Shown piece after piece: positions 28,961-39,543 of a stretch of DNA of 64,000 nucleotides (positions are counted from its first letter, which is position 1; each line of letters opens with the position of its first letter). The notes beneath the pieces were generated by a model. That model was not told where the DNA came from and did not search any database. It was given only the letters and a program-made list of their open reading frames with translations. The position numbers and the translations under genes are program-made. The stretch lies in the NCBI GenBank assembly GCA_964392775.1, contig CAYMRD010000007.1:67516-131515 (forward strand), in the 5' to 3' direction. Origin of the DNA: an uncultured Bifidobacteriaceae bacterium (GTDB lineage: Bacteria > Bacteroidota > Bacteroidia > UKL13-3).

Positions 28961-29419
28961 ATGAATCGTCAAATGTTGAAACGCCTTACAAATTTCAAAG
29001 GCATGTCGGGTATACAGAAAAAAGAGCTTAGAAATAATGTATTGAGATGGGTCGCTTTTATCTGTTTCATTTCATATTTTATTATTAAGACAATACGAGA
29101 GGATAATTCGCTAAAATCCAAACATCTTTATACTGTAGGAATTATTATTGATAAATATAAAGGAATAAAACAGCCCTTACCTATTCTTGAGTTCGAATAT
29201 TATCTTAACAATAAAAAACACATTGAAGGGCAAGCATTCAATTCTGATGAATATTCCATAAAAATTGGTCAAAAGTATTTAGTGATGTTTTCGCCTGAAG
29301 ATTCTGATAATAGTCGAATTCTATTGGGAGTTCCGTTAGCTGATAGTATCCAAGCCCCATATGGAGGATGGCAAGAACCTCCATTTGGATTGAAGGGTTC
29401 TGAGGCTATTAAATGGTAG
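28961..29419 (+). CDS. Hypothetical membrane-anchored protein, AT-rich.
   Basis: About 150 aa counted from MNRQMLKRL, with a single N-terminal TM segment. No recognised motifs. Confidence 0.35.
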   Translation: MNRQMLKRLTNFKGMSGIQKKELRNNVLRWVAFICFISYFIIKTIREDNSLKSKHLYTVGIIIDKYKGIKQPLPILEFEYYLNNKKHIEGQAFNSDEYSIKIGQKYLVMFSPEDSDNSRILLGVPLADSIQAPYGGWQEPPFGLKGSEAIKW

Positions 29420-29520
29420 TTGGGTAGTATTCCTGCGCCTCCCTGCTCATGTGCTATAAACAAAAACTTCGTGCCCGCGAGCGTCCTGCTCGTGTACAAT
29501 TTTAACCAATTGACAATACG

Positions 29521-29700
29521 GCTCCGAAGGAGCTTCATCTCTGTAGAAATTTAAATCGCAGCAATATTAGCGCTCCGGAGGTGCGCTATCTGTATTCATC
29601 CATCCATCTCAAAATCATGTAAATAAGATTGAGCTCCTCCGGAGCTCCGGGTTATTCTTTTTTTTATTGGCTATAGAGGTTTGCCTCCTCCGGAGGAGGC
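29521..29700. repeat. Array of four GC-rich palindromes with a CTCCGGAG core, spaced about 50-60 bp apart.
   Basis: The four palindromes are gctccgaaggagc (29524), agcgctccggaggtgcgct (29572), gagctcctccggagctc (29638) and gcctcctccggaggaggc (29689). The spacers share atct(g)ta..ttcatc motifs. Confidence 0.6.
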
Positions 29701-29748
29701 CAGATACATTCATCGGAGAATATGGTAGGGCTCCTCTTGATAATAAAA

Positions 29749-29780
29749 CGGGGCTGTTTCTTCTTATGAAACAGCCTCGT
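29749..29780 (-). terminator. Bidirectional rho-independent terminator serving pyk on the minus strand.
   Basis: cggggctgtttc-ttcttat-gaaacagcctcg with T/A runs on both sides. Confidence 0.7.
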
Positions 29781-29804
29781 TTATTTAAGAGTACAATTAT
29801 AATT

Positions 29805-31238
29805 TTATTCGATTTCTGTAATCTTAATCGCATTGGTACGCGAACGTTCCTTAATAGGCATACTGGCGGTATTGATTACAAGGTCATTGATTTTCACCAA
29901 TCCTTTTTGTTTTAAGATTGAATTTACTTCCTGTATACTTTGGTCGGTACTGTCAAAACCTTTGTAATAAAAGGCTCGTACACCCCAAACCAAACTTAAG
30001 GTATTAATTAAGCGCAAATTGCTTGTGAAAATATAGATATTGGCTTTAGGGCGGAATGAAGAAACTTTATAGGCCGTATATCCCGAGAAGGTCATGCTCA
30101 CAATCGCTTCGGCCTTGAGGTGATCTGAAATACGGACAGCCGTAAAACAAATTTCATCGCTTAAAAAGGTTGGAGAGTTTTCGGCAGGACGTGTTCCTTT
30201 AAAATATGGAGCATTGGTTTTTTCAGCCTCGGCAATCGTTTGCTGCATATTGCGCACAGCCAAAATCGGATAGGCTCCCACCGAAGTTTCGGCACTGAGC
30301 ATCACCGCATCGGCACCATCCATTACGGCATTGGCAATATCATTTACCTCGGCACGGGTAGGCGAAGGACTGGTGATCATACTTTCCATCATCTGCGTAG
30401 CAATAATCACCGGCTTACCTGCCAGGATACATTTTTTAACAATTTGTTTCTGGATCACCGGCACCTGGGCCATTGGCATCTCCACACCCAAATCACCACG
30501 AGCCACCATTACCGCATCGGTCACAGCAATGATCTCGTCAATATTGTCCATGGCTTCAGGCTTTTCAATTTTGGCAATCACGCGCGGCCTCCATTCATTG
30601 TCCTCAATCATTTGTTTGAGGTCGATGATGTCTTCGGCCTTGCGCACAAATGATAATCCAATCCAGTCCACTTTCATTTCCAGTCCAAAAGCTAAATCGG
30701 CTTTGTCTTTTTCGGTCATAGCCGGAATAGAAAGACGTGTATCCGGGAGGTTAAATCCTTTGCGTGATGAAAGTGGTCCGCCAAACTTTACGAGGCATGT
30801 AATCTCATCAACACCGTTTGATTTCAATACTTCAAGCTCCAACTTTCCATCATCGAGCAGGATGCGTTCTCCGGGCATCACATCCCGGGCCAATCCCGGA
30901 AACTTAACGTATACACGGTCGGCTGTGCTGATGGCTTCTTGTGTGGTAACAGTGATGGTACTTCCGGTAACCAGTTCGATTTTACCGTTTTCCATCTCAC
31001 CCACCCGTAGTTTAGGGCCTTGCAAATCGAGGAGGATAGATGTAAACGATTGAGTATCTTCATTTACCTTTCTGATATTTTCAACCACTTTGCGGTGATC
31101 ATCATAAGTTCCATGTGAAAAATTGAGTCGGCAAACATCCACTCCTTCGCCAATGATGGCTTTAAGCATTTCGTAGCTGGAAGTGGCCGGTCCGATGGTG
31201 GCAACAATTTTGGTTCGGTTAAATGGATTTGTTTTCAT
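29805..31238 (-). CDS. pyk: Pyruvate kinase.
   Basis: 477 aa. N-terminal TKIVATIGPAT and the MVARGDLG motif. Confidence 0.95.
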   Translation of the reverse strand: MKTNPFNRTKIVATIGPATSSYEMLKAIIGEGVDVCRLNFSHGTYDDHRKVVENIRKVNEDTQSFTSILLDLQGPKLRVGEMENGKIELVTGSTITVTTQEAISTADRVYVKFPGLARDVMPGERILLDDGKLELEVLKSNGVDEITCLVKFGGPLSSRKGFNLPDTRLSIPAMTEKDKADLAFGLEMKVDWIGLSFVRKAEDIIDLKQMIEDNEWRPRVIAKIEKPEAMDNIDEIIAVTDAVMVARGDLGVEMPMAQVPVIQKQIVKKCILAGKPVIIATQMMESMITSPSPTRAEVNDIANAVMDGADAVMLSAETSVGAYPILAVRNMQQTIAEAEKTNAPYFKGTRPAENSPTFLSDEICFTAVRISDHLKAEAIVSMTFSGYTAYKVSSFRPKANIYIFTSNLRLINTLSLVWGVRAFYYKGFDSTDQSIQEVNSILKQKGLVKINDLVINTASMPIKERSRTNAIKITEIE

Positions 31239-31335
31239 GTGTTGAGTTGAGTGGGGATGGCGTTGTGGCTTTAAGGTTTTATGTAAATTGTATGTTTATT
31301 TATTCTCGCTGATAAACATAAAACCACTTTCCATT

Positions 31336-31773
31336 TTAAAATATGAGGTTTTGTTTTGATTTCAATTTCTGATGATCGATTTCGGTAATAAGCTGAATAG
31401 AATCAATTGGTTTTAGATTTGTGATCAAATCGCGGATGTCTAAAAAATCAAGCGCGCCTTTAATCATCATAAAAAAATCAACGGTCCGCATTTCGGGGAC
31501 AAGGTAGTTTGAATCATCGCGGTTTTCAAACAAGGTTAATTCGAGGTGGTTGATTTCATCGGCAAATTCATATTTGGTAAAAGCAGATCCGGTCAGGTCG
31601 TGTTCGGTAAATTCAATCTCTCCACTGTGAGCAAACTGATAACCTAACTGCTTATTAATGAGCCAAACCAGCCGGTGAAATTTTTCCAATGAAACGATTC
31701 CCAACAACACAAAGTCATAATCAAAACCAATATCAAGAAGCACTTTTTTAGGTTTGATGTTTTCTCCTGCCAT
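31336..31773 (-). CDS. IPExxxVDY-family protein, a conserved Bacteroidota neighbour of acpP.
   Basis: Contains VPEMRTVDFF, matching the IPExxxVDY signature. Start placed at MAGENIKPKK; the ORF track extends to 31857. Divergent from acpP. Confidence 0.5.
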   Translation of the reverse strand: MAGENIKPKKVLLDIGFDYDFVLLGIVSLEKFHRLVWLINKQLGYQFAHSGEIEFTEHDLTGSAFTKYEFADEINHLELTLFENRDDSNYLVPEMRTVDFFMMIKGALDFLDIRDLITNLKPIDSIQLITEIDHQKLKSKQNLIF

Positions 31774-31945
31774 ATAACAACAAGGTTTAAGGTGTTTGTC
31801 GTGAAGAACTGAAGCCGTTTCAAAAGCAACGGTGCAAAGGTGGTTAATCTCTTGCAAATCCGATTAAGTTAATGTAAAATTTAAAATTTGCTGTTTTGTG
31901 TAAAAATGCCTTTTATTTGCAGCATCAAACTAAATATTTACTACA

Positions 31946-32185
31946 ATGTCTGACATAGCAAACAGAGTAACAGCAATCATCGTTGACAAACTTGGCGTTG
32001 ATGCAAACGAAATCACAAATGAAGCTAACTTTACAAACGATTTAGGAGCGGATTCTTTGGATACTGTAGAGTTAATCATGGAATTCGAAAAAGAATTTAA
32101 CATTGCTATTCCGGATGACCAGGCTGAAAAAATTGGTACAGTTGGACAAGCAATCTCTTACATCGAGCAAAACGTAAAAGGCTAA
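31946..32185 (+). CDS. acpP: Acyl carrier protein.
   Basis: 79 aa with the [11 protein letters not shown] phosphopantetheine-attachment site. Confidence 0.95.
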   Translation: MSDIANRVTAIIVDKLGVDANEITNEANFTNDLGADSLDTVELIMEFEKEFNIAIPDDQAEKIGTVGQAISYIEQNVKG

Positions 32186-32209
32186 TTTTTAGCACAAACA
32201 AAAAACTGC

Positions 32210-33457
32210 ATGACATCTCGAAGAGTAGTTGTTACAGGCCTTGGCGCACTTACGCCCATTGGTAACAATGTTCAGGAGTATTGGAATGCTTTGTCAAATG
32301 GGGTGAGTGGGGCAGCTCCCATCACCCAATTTGACACTTCCAAATTCAAAACAAAATTTGCCTGTGAGGTTAAAAACTTCCAAGTAGAAAACTTTATTGA
32401 CCGCAAGGAAGCCCGCAAAATGGACCGATTTACCCAGTTTGCCATGGTTACCGTTGAGGAAGCTTTAAAAGATTCGGCCTTGAATTTGGACGCCATTAAC
32501 AAATCGCGCGTAGGTGTGATTTGGGGATCGGGAATTGGCGGACTCACCAGTTTCTTTCAGGAATCTGTTGAATATGCCCGTGGTGACGGAACCCCGCGTT
32601 TCTCACCTTTCTTTATTACCAAAATGATTGCCGATATCGCCTCAGGCCTTATCAGCATTAAATACGGCTTCGGTGGTCCAAACTATACCACCGTTTCGGC
32701 CTGCGCTTCTTCAAACAATGCGATGATTGATGCGTTCAATTATATCCGTTTGAATAAAAGCGACATCATTGTTACCGGAGGCTCGGAAGCTTGCGTGAAC
32801 GAACCTGCAATGGGTGGTTTCAGCAATATGAAAGCCTTATCTGAGCGTAATGATGATCCTGCATCTGCTTCACGTCCGTTCGATAAAGACCGCGATGGTT
32901 TTGTTCTGGGCGAAGGAAGTGGAGCTATTATCTTAGAGGAATACGAACACGCAAAAGCACGCGGAGCCAAAATTTACTGCGAAGTAGTAGGTGCCGGAAT
33001 GAGTGCGGATGCATACCACATGACTGCTCCGCATCCTGAAGGATTGGGCGTAATCAACGTAATCAACTGGGCATTGGAAGATGCCGGAATGAAAGCGGAA
33101 GAAATTGATTATATCAATGTACACGGTACGTCAACCCCATTGGGTGATGTGGCTGAGCTTAAAGCTATCAAATCGGTATTTGGCGAACATGCTTACAAGC
33201 TTAATATCAGTTCAACCAAATCAATGACCGGGCATTTGCTGGGTGGAGCCGGGGCTGTTGAAGCCATTGCAACCATTATGGCCATACAACACAATCTGGT
33301 GCCTCCTACCATCAACCACTTTACGGATGATGAAAATATTGATCCTAGGTTAAACCTTACCTTTAACAAAGCTCAACAAAGACCTGTTAATGCAGCATTG
33401 AGCAATACATTTGGTTTTGGTGGTCACAACGCTACGGTAATTTTCCGCAAACTCTAA
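32210..33457 (+). CDS. fabF: 3-oxoacyl-ACP synthase II.
   Basis: 415 aa. Active-site Cys in the VSACASS block. The His-His and GHLLGGAG blocks are present. Confidence 0.95.
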   Translation: MTSRRVVVTGLGALTPIGNNVQEYWNALSNGVSGAAPITQFDTSKFKTKFACEVKNFQVENFIDRKEARKMDRFTQFAMVTVEEALKDSALNLDAINKSRVGVIWGSGIGGLTSFFQESVEYARGDGTPRFSPFFITKMIADIASGLISIKYGFGGPNYTTVSACASSNNAMIDAFNYIRLNKSDIIVTGGSEACVNEPAMGGFSNMKALSERNDDPASASRPFDKDRDGFVLGEGSGAIILEEYEHAKARGAKIYCEVVGAGMSADAYHMTAPHPEGLGVINVINWALEDAGMKAEEIDYINVHGTSTPLGDVAELKAIKSVFGEHAYKLNISSTKSMTGHLLGGAGAVEAIATIMAIQHNLVPPTINHFTDDENIDPRLNLTFNKAQQRPVNAALSNTFGFGGHNATVIFRKL

Positions 33458-33472
33458 GTAAATACGAAGGCT

Positions 33473-34210
33473 TTGCTCAGGACGTTACTCTCCGGAATCT
33501 ATTATTCTTATTTCCATTCACAAAAGACGGTTTACCGTAAAATAGTAAAGATCGCGGGATTTTATCCCGCAAAGTTTAGTTGCTATTTACAGGCGCTGCG
33601 CCATCACTCTGTTAGCACAGCCATACACCAAAGTGGTATGCGCGACAGCAATGAACGACTTGAATATTTGGGTGACTCTGTTCTGAATACCGTTATTGCC
33701 GAAATGCTGTTTTCTCGTTTTCCGTTTAAGGACGAAGGTTTTATGACGGAGATGCGCTCCAAGATTGTGAGCCGCGAAAGCTTGAACGACCTGGCCCAAA
33801 AAATAGGACTAAACGAAATTGTGCTGTACGACAGGCGTGCAGTGGGTCAAAATCTTAAAGGAAGTATTTTCGGAAATGCCCTCGAAGCCTTTATCGGGGC
33901 CGTGTTTTTAGACCGCGGATTTTACGGAGCCCGCAACTTTATCAAACACAAGCTGCTTACCCATATTGATGTTGACAAACTGGAGTTTACCGAAAAAAAC
34001 TTCAAGGGCAAACTCATTGAGTGGACGCAAAAAAACAACCGCACCATCGACTTTGAAAGCGATGAGGAGATTTCGCGCAAGCAAAAAATATACAAGGTTC
34101 GTGTAAAGATAGATGGTGAGGAATATGGTGCAGCCGAACACCTCTCCAAGAAAAAGGCCGAACAATTAGCCTCCGAAAAGACCTGCGAAAAACTCAACCT
34201 GCAACTCTGA
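33473..34210 (+). CDS. rnc: Ribonuclease III.
   Basis: RNase III signature NERLEYLGDSVLNTVIAEMLF plus a C-terminal dsRBD. Confidence 0.9.
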   Translation: MLRTLLSGIYYSYFHSQKTVYRKIVKIAGFYPAKFSCYLQALRHHSVSTAIHQSGMRDSNERLEYLGDSVLNTVIAEMLFSRFPFKDEGFMTEMRSKIVSRESLNDLAQKIGLNEIVLYDRRAVGQNLKGSIFGNALEAFIGAVFLDRGFYGARNFIKHKLLTHIDVDKLEFTEKNFKGKLIEWTQKNNRTIDFESDEEISRKQKIYKVRVKIDGEEYGAAEHLSKKKAEQLASEKTCEKLNLQL

Positions 34211-34229
34211 TTTTTTGTACCTTTAGTGC

Positions 34230-35057
34230 ATGGACAGCAAACGGTTGTTTATGTACAAAAACTCTGTGGTATCCTACCTTCGGTATGGGCATGGCCCCGA
34301 AGTGCTCGTGGCATTTCATGGCTACGGACAAACGGCTGCCGATTTTTTGTATTTTGAAGAGGTACTCAGTGAAGGATACACCGTGCTTGCCATTGATTTT
34401 TTTTGGCATGGACAATCGCAATGGCGAGAATCAGAAGATTTTACGGAAGAGGATTTAAAGCAAATTGTAGTCGGCATCAAGGCTCAGGAAAACCTTTCAG
34501 CCGAACGGTTTTCCATCTGTTCCTTCAGTATGGGGGCTCGTATGGCAAGGGCTTTGGTACGTAGTTTTCCGCACCGTATTCACCACCTTATTTTTATTGC
34601 CCCGCCCACCTTTTCCTTCAACCTTTTTCTCGACTTTACTACCAATACCAAACTGGGGCTGTTTTTATTCCGCTACTTCCTCAAAAACCAAGGTTCGCTC
34701 TCATACTGGGTTCAGCAACTGCATAAAGCCCGGATATTAAACCGGCCTGTTTATGTTTTTACGTCTAAGTTTATCAACGCAAACCATCGTTTGCAAAAGG
34801 TATTTGATACATGGTTTGCACAACGTAAACTCAAAACCGACTTTAAAGATTTTTTTGAGATGGTAGAACAATATGAAATCCGCACTACCTTAATTGCGGG
34901 AGTGCAGGATAGTATTACTCCTGCTAAACGGATGGCTGCCCGCATTACTAAGCTTAAACGAGGGCAAGTGTACTTGTTGCACCAACATCACCAGCTTACC
35001 ACACCCCATATCCGACAGATGCTGCACAAGCTCCTGAATGAGCCCTCCGAATCATAA
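34230..35057 (+). CDS. Alpha/beta-fold hydrolase.
   Basis: The HGYGQ oxyanion region and the nucleophile elbow CSFSMGARMA. Confidence 0.6.
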   Translation: MDSKRLFMYKNSVVSYLRYGHGPEVLVAFHGYGQTAADFLYFEEVLSEGYTVLAIDFFWHGQSQWRESEDFTEEDLKQIVVGIKAQENLSAERFSICSFSMGARMARALVRSFPHRIHHLIFIAPPTFSFNLFLDFTTNTKLGLFLFRYFLKNQGSLSYWVQQLHKARILNRPVYVFTSKFINANHRLQKVFDTWFAQRKLKTDFKDFFEMVEQYEIRTTLIAGVQDSITPAKRMAARITKLKRGQVYLLHQHHQLTTPHIRQMLHKLLNEPSES

Positions 35058-35068
35058 ACCACGGTAAT

Positions 35069-36337
35069 TTGCTTGAAAAGCTTATCTTTGCGGCCTCTAA
35101 ACCAGTTAGGCTCGTGAAAAGAAAAGTGATTGTGGTGGGTGGCGGTGCGGCCGGATTTTTTTCGGCTATTACCTGTGCTCAAGCCAGTAAAGACGTAGAA
35201 GTATTGTTGTTGGAAAAAACAACCAAGCTGCTTGCTAAAGTGGCCGTATCAGGTGGCGGCCGATGCAATGTAACACATGCCTGTTTCGAAAACAAAGTCC
35301 TTTCGGCTTCTTATCCCCGTGGAGAAAAGCAGCTTAAGAGCGCCTTTAGTCGCTTTACAACCACCGATACCATTCAATGGTTCGAATCGAGAGGAGTGAA
35401 GCTTAAAACAGAAGCCGATGGCCGTATGTTCCCTGCTACCGACAGTTCTCAAACCATTATTGATTGTTTGCAGAAAGAGGCAAAGAAGGCTAAAGTTACT
35501 ATTCAAACCGAAGTGGCTGTTAAAGAGGTGAAAGCTAAATTTGACGGTAGTTTTGACGTTGAATTATCGGATGGAACAACCCTTACTTGTGATAAAATAA
35601 TTGTAGCAGCAGGTGGAAGCCCGAAGCCCGAAGGTTTTGAATGGCTGCGTAAACTGGGACATCAGATTGTAGAACCAGTCCCTTCCCTGTTTACCTTTAA
35701 TATTCCCGATAACCCTATTGTTGAGCTGCAAGGCATTGCCGTTGATCCGGCCAAAGTAAAAATTGCCGACAGTAAAATGGAGTTTTCCGGGCCGGTACTG
35801 ATTACCCACTGGGGCCTGAGCGGACCGGCAGTGCTGAAACTATCGGCTTATGGAGCCCGCCTTTTAGCCGACAGGGATTATCAGTTTGATGTTCAGATCA
35901 GCTGGTTGAACAATAAAAAAGAAGACGCCCTGCGTCAGGAGCTGTTTAATATCAAAGCGGCCAATCCAACCAAACATATCGGTAATTTATTGCCGGTGGT
36001 ATTGCCTAAACGTTTAATCGAATTTATCTTACATAAATGCGGTATTCCAACGGATAAACGCTGGGCCGATATAACCAAAGAAGAAATACAATTGCTCCAA
36101 ACCCATTTTTTATACGATACGTATCAGGTACAGGGTAAAACTACTTTTAAAGAAGAGTTTGTAACCTGCGGTGGTATTAATCTGGATGATGTGGATTTTA
36201 AAACCATGGAAAGCAAACGTTGCAAAGGCATTCACTTTGCGGGTGAGGTACTCGATATTGATGGCATCACCGGAGGGTTTAACTTCCAGGCCGCGTGGAC
36301 AACCGGATTTATTGCCGGTAACGGAGTATTGCGTTAG
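35069..36337 (+). CDS. HI0933/BaiN-family NAD(P)/FAD-dependent oxidoreductase.
   Basis: VIVVGGGAAGFFSAI dinucleotide fold and the SGGGRCNVTHA family motif. Probable true start is the GTG at 35114 (VKRKVIVVGGG). Confidence 0.75.
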   Translation: MLEKLIFAASKPVRLVKRKVIVVGGGAAGFFSAITCAQASKDVEVLLLEKTTKLLAKVAVSGGGRCNVTHACFENKVLSASYPRGEKQLKSAFSRFTTTDTIQWFESRGVKLKTEADGRMFPATDSSQTIIDCLQKEAKKAKVTIQTEVAVKEVKAKFDGSFDVELSDGTTLTCDKIIVAAGGSPKPEGFEWLRKLGHQIVEPVPSLFTFNIPDNPIVELQGIAVDPAKVKIADSKMEFSGPVLITHWGLSGPAVLKLSAYGARLLADRDYQFDVQISWLNNKKEDALRQELFNIKAANPTKHIGNLLPVVLPKRLIEFILHKCGIPTDKRWADITKEEIQLLQTHFLYDTYQVQGKTTFKEEFVTCGGINLDDVDFKTMESKRCKGIHFAGEVLDIDGITGGFNFQAAWTTGFIAGNGVLR

Positions 36338-37512
36338 CGGCCAATAAGTTTAACACCCAATCCGAATTCAACCCAATCGGCTTTAGTGCCTCGATATGAT
36401 TTTAATCCAACCTGTGCGTACACTCGTTTGCTAAAGTCAAATTTGATTGCAGGGCGTGTAAAAAACGGGCTTTTCATTTCCCTTCCCGCTTCGGTTACCA
36501 GATATCCCAATTGCACCCGGGCCGTAAACCGCCACCACATAAAATCATAACCGATATGGATACCCGGAAAAAATGTGGTTTGATAACGATTGTATAAAGG
36601 CGTAGCAAGGGTGTCTGTTAGGCTATTGTCCACGAAAGCATCAGCACCCAGAGTAATTCCATGCATTTCCGTAAACCGGTATTGCCAGTCCAATATTGTA
36701 GAGGATGTCATATATCTTTTATCCGTTCCCCGGTCGAGAGAGTTTTGAACCGTTCCTAAAGCCTGATATAGAAATAAAGCTCCGGACTGTACTTTATGTG
36801 GTTTTCTGGCTTTTAAAAATGGAGGGCGGGCATCGGCAATCTGGTTCGGGTGAAACGAAGGATCGAGTTGTTTTTGAGTCCTGTTAAAATGATACCGTAC
36901 ACCTATATTGATACCTGCCATATTTAAACCATAGTTGGGCGTCACTGTCCGGCCGTTTGAAAAGTGAGTAATATCAATCCCGTACAGCAAATCCACCTCG
37001 CGGGTGAGTTGCCAGGCCCCTCCGAAATTCAAATTAAAATACACCGCCATCCGTGCACCGAATGCATCATTCTGTGCATTGGTTTCGGGATCATAAGGAA
37101 TCAGGTTGTAGGTTAATCCCAAAGCAGGCTCAATCGCCAATATGTTGCGCTTGCTTTTATCGGTTAACGGAAAATTCATGAAACCATACAACGCATTGGG
37201 GTTGCCGAATATATTTACATTGCCAACATATCCGCTGTACCAACCAATTCCATAAGAAGGATAATTATAGGCTCCTTCCCAATCATTGTTACCTTTAGTG
37301 TGCCATCCATAACGCAACTCGATAGCAACATATCCGTTTTTGAGCGCATCTTGTAACTGTGTTCCCGAATAAAAATTGTCACCGGTATGCAGTTTTACGT
37401 CCACAAAATGAAAGCGGTCAACAGGCTTAACTTGCGCCCATCCTTTGGGGATAAAAGCCAGGAGTAAAAGCAGAACCGCAAATCGGGCTATCATATAGCC
37501 AAATATACGCAA
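36334..37512 (-). CDS. Outer-membrane beta-barrel protein, possibly a PagL-like acyloxyacyl hydrolase.
   Basis: 392 aa with a signal peptide. Alternating aromatic beta-strand patterns. Partial resemblance to lipid A deacylase-type proteins in the HFSNGRT region. Confidence 0.35.
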   Translation of the reverse strand: MRIFGYMIARFAVLLLLLAFIPKGWAQVKPVDRFHFVDVKLHTGDNFYSGTQLQDALKNGYVAIELRYGWHTKGNNDWEGAYNYPSYGIGWYSGYVGNVNIFGNPNALYGFMNFPLTDKSKRNILAIEPALGLTYNLIPYDPETNAQNDAFGARMAVYFNLNFGGAWQLTREVDLLYGIDITHFSNGRTVTPNYGLNMAGINIGVRYHFNRTQKQLDPSFHPNQIADARPPFLKARKPHKVQSGALFLYQALGTVQNSLDRGTDKRYMTSSTILDWQYRFTEMHGITLGADAFVDNSLTDTLATPLYNRYQTTFFPGIHIGYDFMWWRFTARVQLGYLVTEAGREMKSPFFTRPAIKFDFSKRVYAQVGLKSYRGTKADWVEFGLGVKLIGR

Positions 37513-37518
37513 AGGGGA

Positions 37519-38763
37519 TTAATCGTTCCACAATAATTTAATGTAAAACAGTGGATTACGCAACTTTGCTCTCAGATCCAGATCCTCAAACATACAGCTG
37601 ATGGTTTCGCGAAGGGCTTTGTTTTTATGCGCTTTGTTTACCACAAAATTGAACAACCACGGGTATTTACACAACCGTTGCATGGTATGGCTCAGTTTGA
37701 GTTCATCCCATTGTCTGTTGTAAAAAGTCTTGTCGTATTGAGCCATAAAGGCCGCATCGTAACGGTTTTGTTTCACACATTCAACAATATGATTTGCTGC
37801 CATCATACCACTGTATAAGGCATTACCGATTCCTTCACCCGTAAATGGATCAATGAGCGAACCGGCATCACCCACCAGTAAAAACCGCTCTCCGCTTACG
37901 GGGCGTTTTTTGCTGCCCAATGGCAAACCCCAACCCTGAATTTTTCCTTCGAGTTTGGCATTTTTAAACCGCTCGCGGATATTGGGATTGTTCTCAATGG
38001 CTTTGAGCATATCCGCTTTAAGGTTTACCCTGCGCTTGCTCACTTCGCTGCTCAACATGCCGGCACCTATATTGGCTCTGCCATTTGGCAAAGGGAAAAT
38101 CCAGAAATACCCCGGCAACATTTCGGGTAAAAAATGCAGCTCAATAAAATTGTTCGGGTGCATGCCTTCCACACCTGTGTAGTATGCACGGATACCCGCG
38201 CAATAATGTTCGTTTTCTTTTTGAAGACCCGCCAACTTTTTAGCTACAATGCTACGGTCACCCTCTGCTCCAATGATGATTTGAGCGTTTCGAATTTCGA
38301 ATTTCGAATTTTGGTATTTGTAAGCTATTGTTACACTCTCTGCTGTCTGTTCGATTTCGGTTACTTCGGCTCCTTCAATCACATTGGCATATTTGCGGTC
38401 GAGGCGTTTAAACAACTCGTTATCGAAATCAATACGTTTGGAAATAAAGCCCGGAGGCAGGGCCTCTTTGCTCATATCCGACTTAAACGGAATATCAATA
38501 GCCTTGCCATTGGGCGCCACAAATTTTACACCCCAGCTTTCAATAAATGTGTCCTTTTGTTGATTAAAGGCCGGAATGATGGAAGGGTCGAGTTGGTTTA
38601 GCACATAAACGGATTTTCCGCTCAGGGCATCTCCGCATACTTTATCGCGTGGGAATATGGCTTTATCAATGATAGTATGTGGAATGCCGTGTTTTGATAA
38701 AAACAGTGAGGTTGAGCAACCTGCCGGTCCGGCTCCGATGATGACGATGTCTGTTTGTTTCAC
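37519..38763 (-). CDS. Geranylgeranyl-reductase-family FAD-dependent oxidoreductase.
   Basis: DIVIIGAGPAGCSTS FAD fold, the CGDALSG motif and the GDAGSLIDPFTGEGI block. Confidence 0.75.
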   Translation of the reverse strand: MKQTDIVIIGAGPAGCSTSLFLSKHGIPHTIIDKAIFPRDKVCGDALSGKSVYVLNQLDPSIIPAFNQQKDTFIESWGVKFVAPNGKAIDIPFKSDMSKEALPPGFISKRIDFDNELFKRLDRKYANVIEGAEVTEIEQTAESVTIAYKYQNSKFEIRNAQIIIGAEGDRSIVAKKLAGLQKENEHYCAGIRAYYTGVEGMHPNNFIELHFLPEMLPGYFWIFPLPNGRANIGAGMLSSEVSKRRVNLKADMLKAIENNPNIRERFKNAKLEGKIQGWGLPLGSKKRPVSGERFLLVGDAGSLIDPFTGEGIGNALYSGMMAANHIVECVKQNRYDAAFMAQYDKTFYNRQWDELKLSHTMQRLCKYPWLFNFVVNKAHKNKALRETISCMFEDLDLRAKLRNPLFYIKLLWND

Positions 38764-38968
38764 AAGGTGGAGTTAATCCTGCAAGTATAATAATAAGCAG
38801 CCAACGGCAAAACAGCCAACGGGTAAAGTTATCATCTGTCAGGCAGAATCTTTACAAAACCATTTACCTGACAGCAACGGTACAAATACCGCAATTGTGG
38901 CACATGCAGGCTTCTCTTCGGTCATTGGAGTGTTTTTTGGTAGCTTTGTGGTTCAACACCATTACAAG

Positions 38969-39460
38969 ATGAATATACCGTTTGATGAAATGCCCTCCAC
39001 GTCACGGGTGTGGGTATACGCAGCCAACCGCAAACTCACTGATGCCGAACAGGCTGAAATAACCCAGCGCGGCCAAAATTTTGTGAGTAGCTGGACTGCA
39101 CACCAGCAACAGCTCAAAGCCTCTTTTGCCATTTTACACAATGTATTTGTGGTGATTGCAGTTGATGAAAATATGAATGAAGTGAGCGGATGCGGCATTG
39201 ATAAATCCATTCATTTGATGCAGGAGATTGATGTTGCCTATAATCTGAACCTGTTTAACCGCCTGCAGGTTGAATTGTGGCTGAATGAGGAGGTGCTGTT
39301 GACCAATAAACAAAAAACATCGGTTATGTTGCAGGAAGGAAGCGTAAACGACCAAACTAAGGTGTTTAACAAAACCGTTACCACTAAAGCAGCTTTCGAC
39401 TCGGAGTTTCTGATTCCGCTGGGCCGTTCGTGGGTTTTTCCTCAACATCAGGCTTCCTGA
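38969..39460 (+). CDS. Hypothetical protein.
   Basis: About 163 aa counted from MNIPFDEM. The ORF track begins at 38897. No recognised motifs. Confidence 0.35.
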   Translation: MNIPFDEMPSTSRVWVYAANRKLTDAEQAEITQRGQNFVSSWTAHQQQLKASFAILHNVFVVIAVDENMNEVSGCGIDKSIHLMQEIDVAYNLNLFNRLQVELWLNEEVLLTNKQKTSVMLQEGSVNDQTKVFNKTVTTKAAFDSEFLIPLGRSWVFPQHQAS

Positions 39461-39543
39461 AACACCCTTTCTTTGTTTGGGTATCAAACAAAATAGACTT
39501 ATTCTTGCTTCTTATATTACCGACTTACAAATAACAGATACGA

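Noticed and set aside
29441-29740. Possible CRISPR array (regularly spaced palindromic repeats).
   Set aside because: The repeats are non-identical in length and sequence. Spacers are short and share motifs. No cas genes or leader are nearby. Described instead as a palindrome array.
30240-31053. 137-aa and 240-aa plus-strand ORFs, antisense to pyruvate kinase.
   Set aside because: Entirely contained within pyk on the opposite strand. His/Arg/Ser-rich translations typical of antisense frames.
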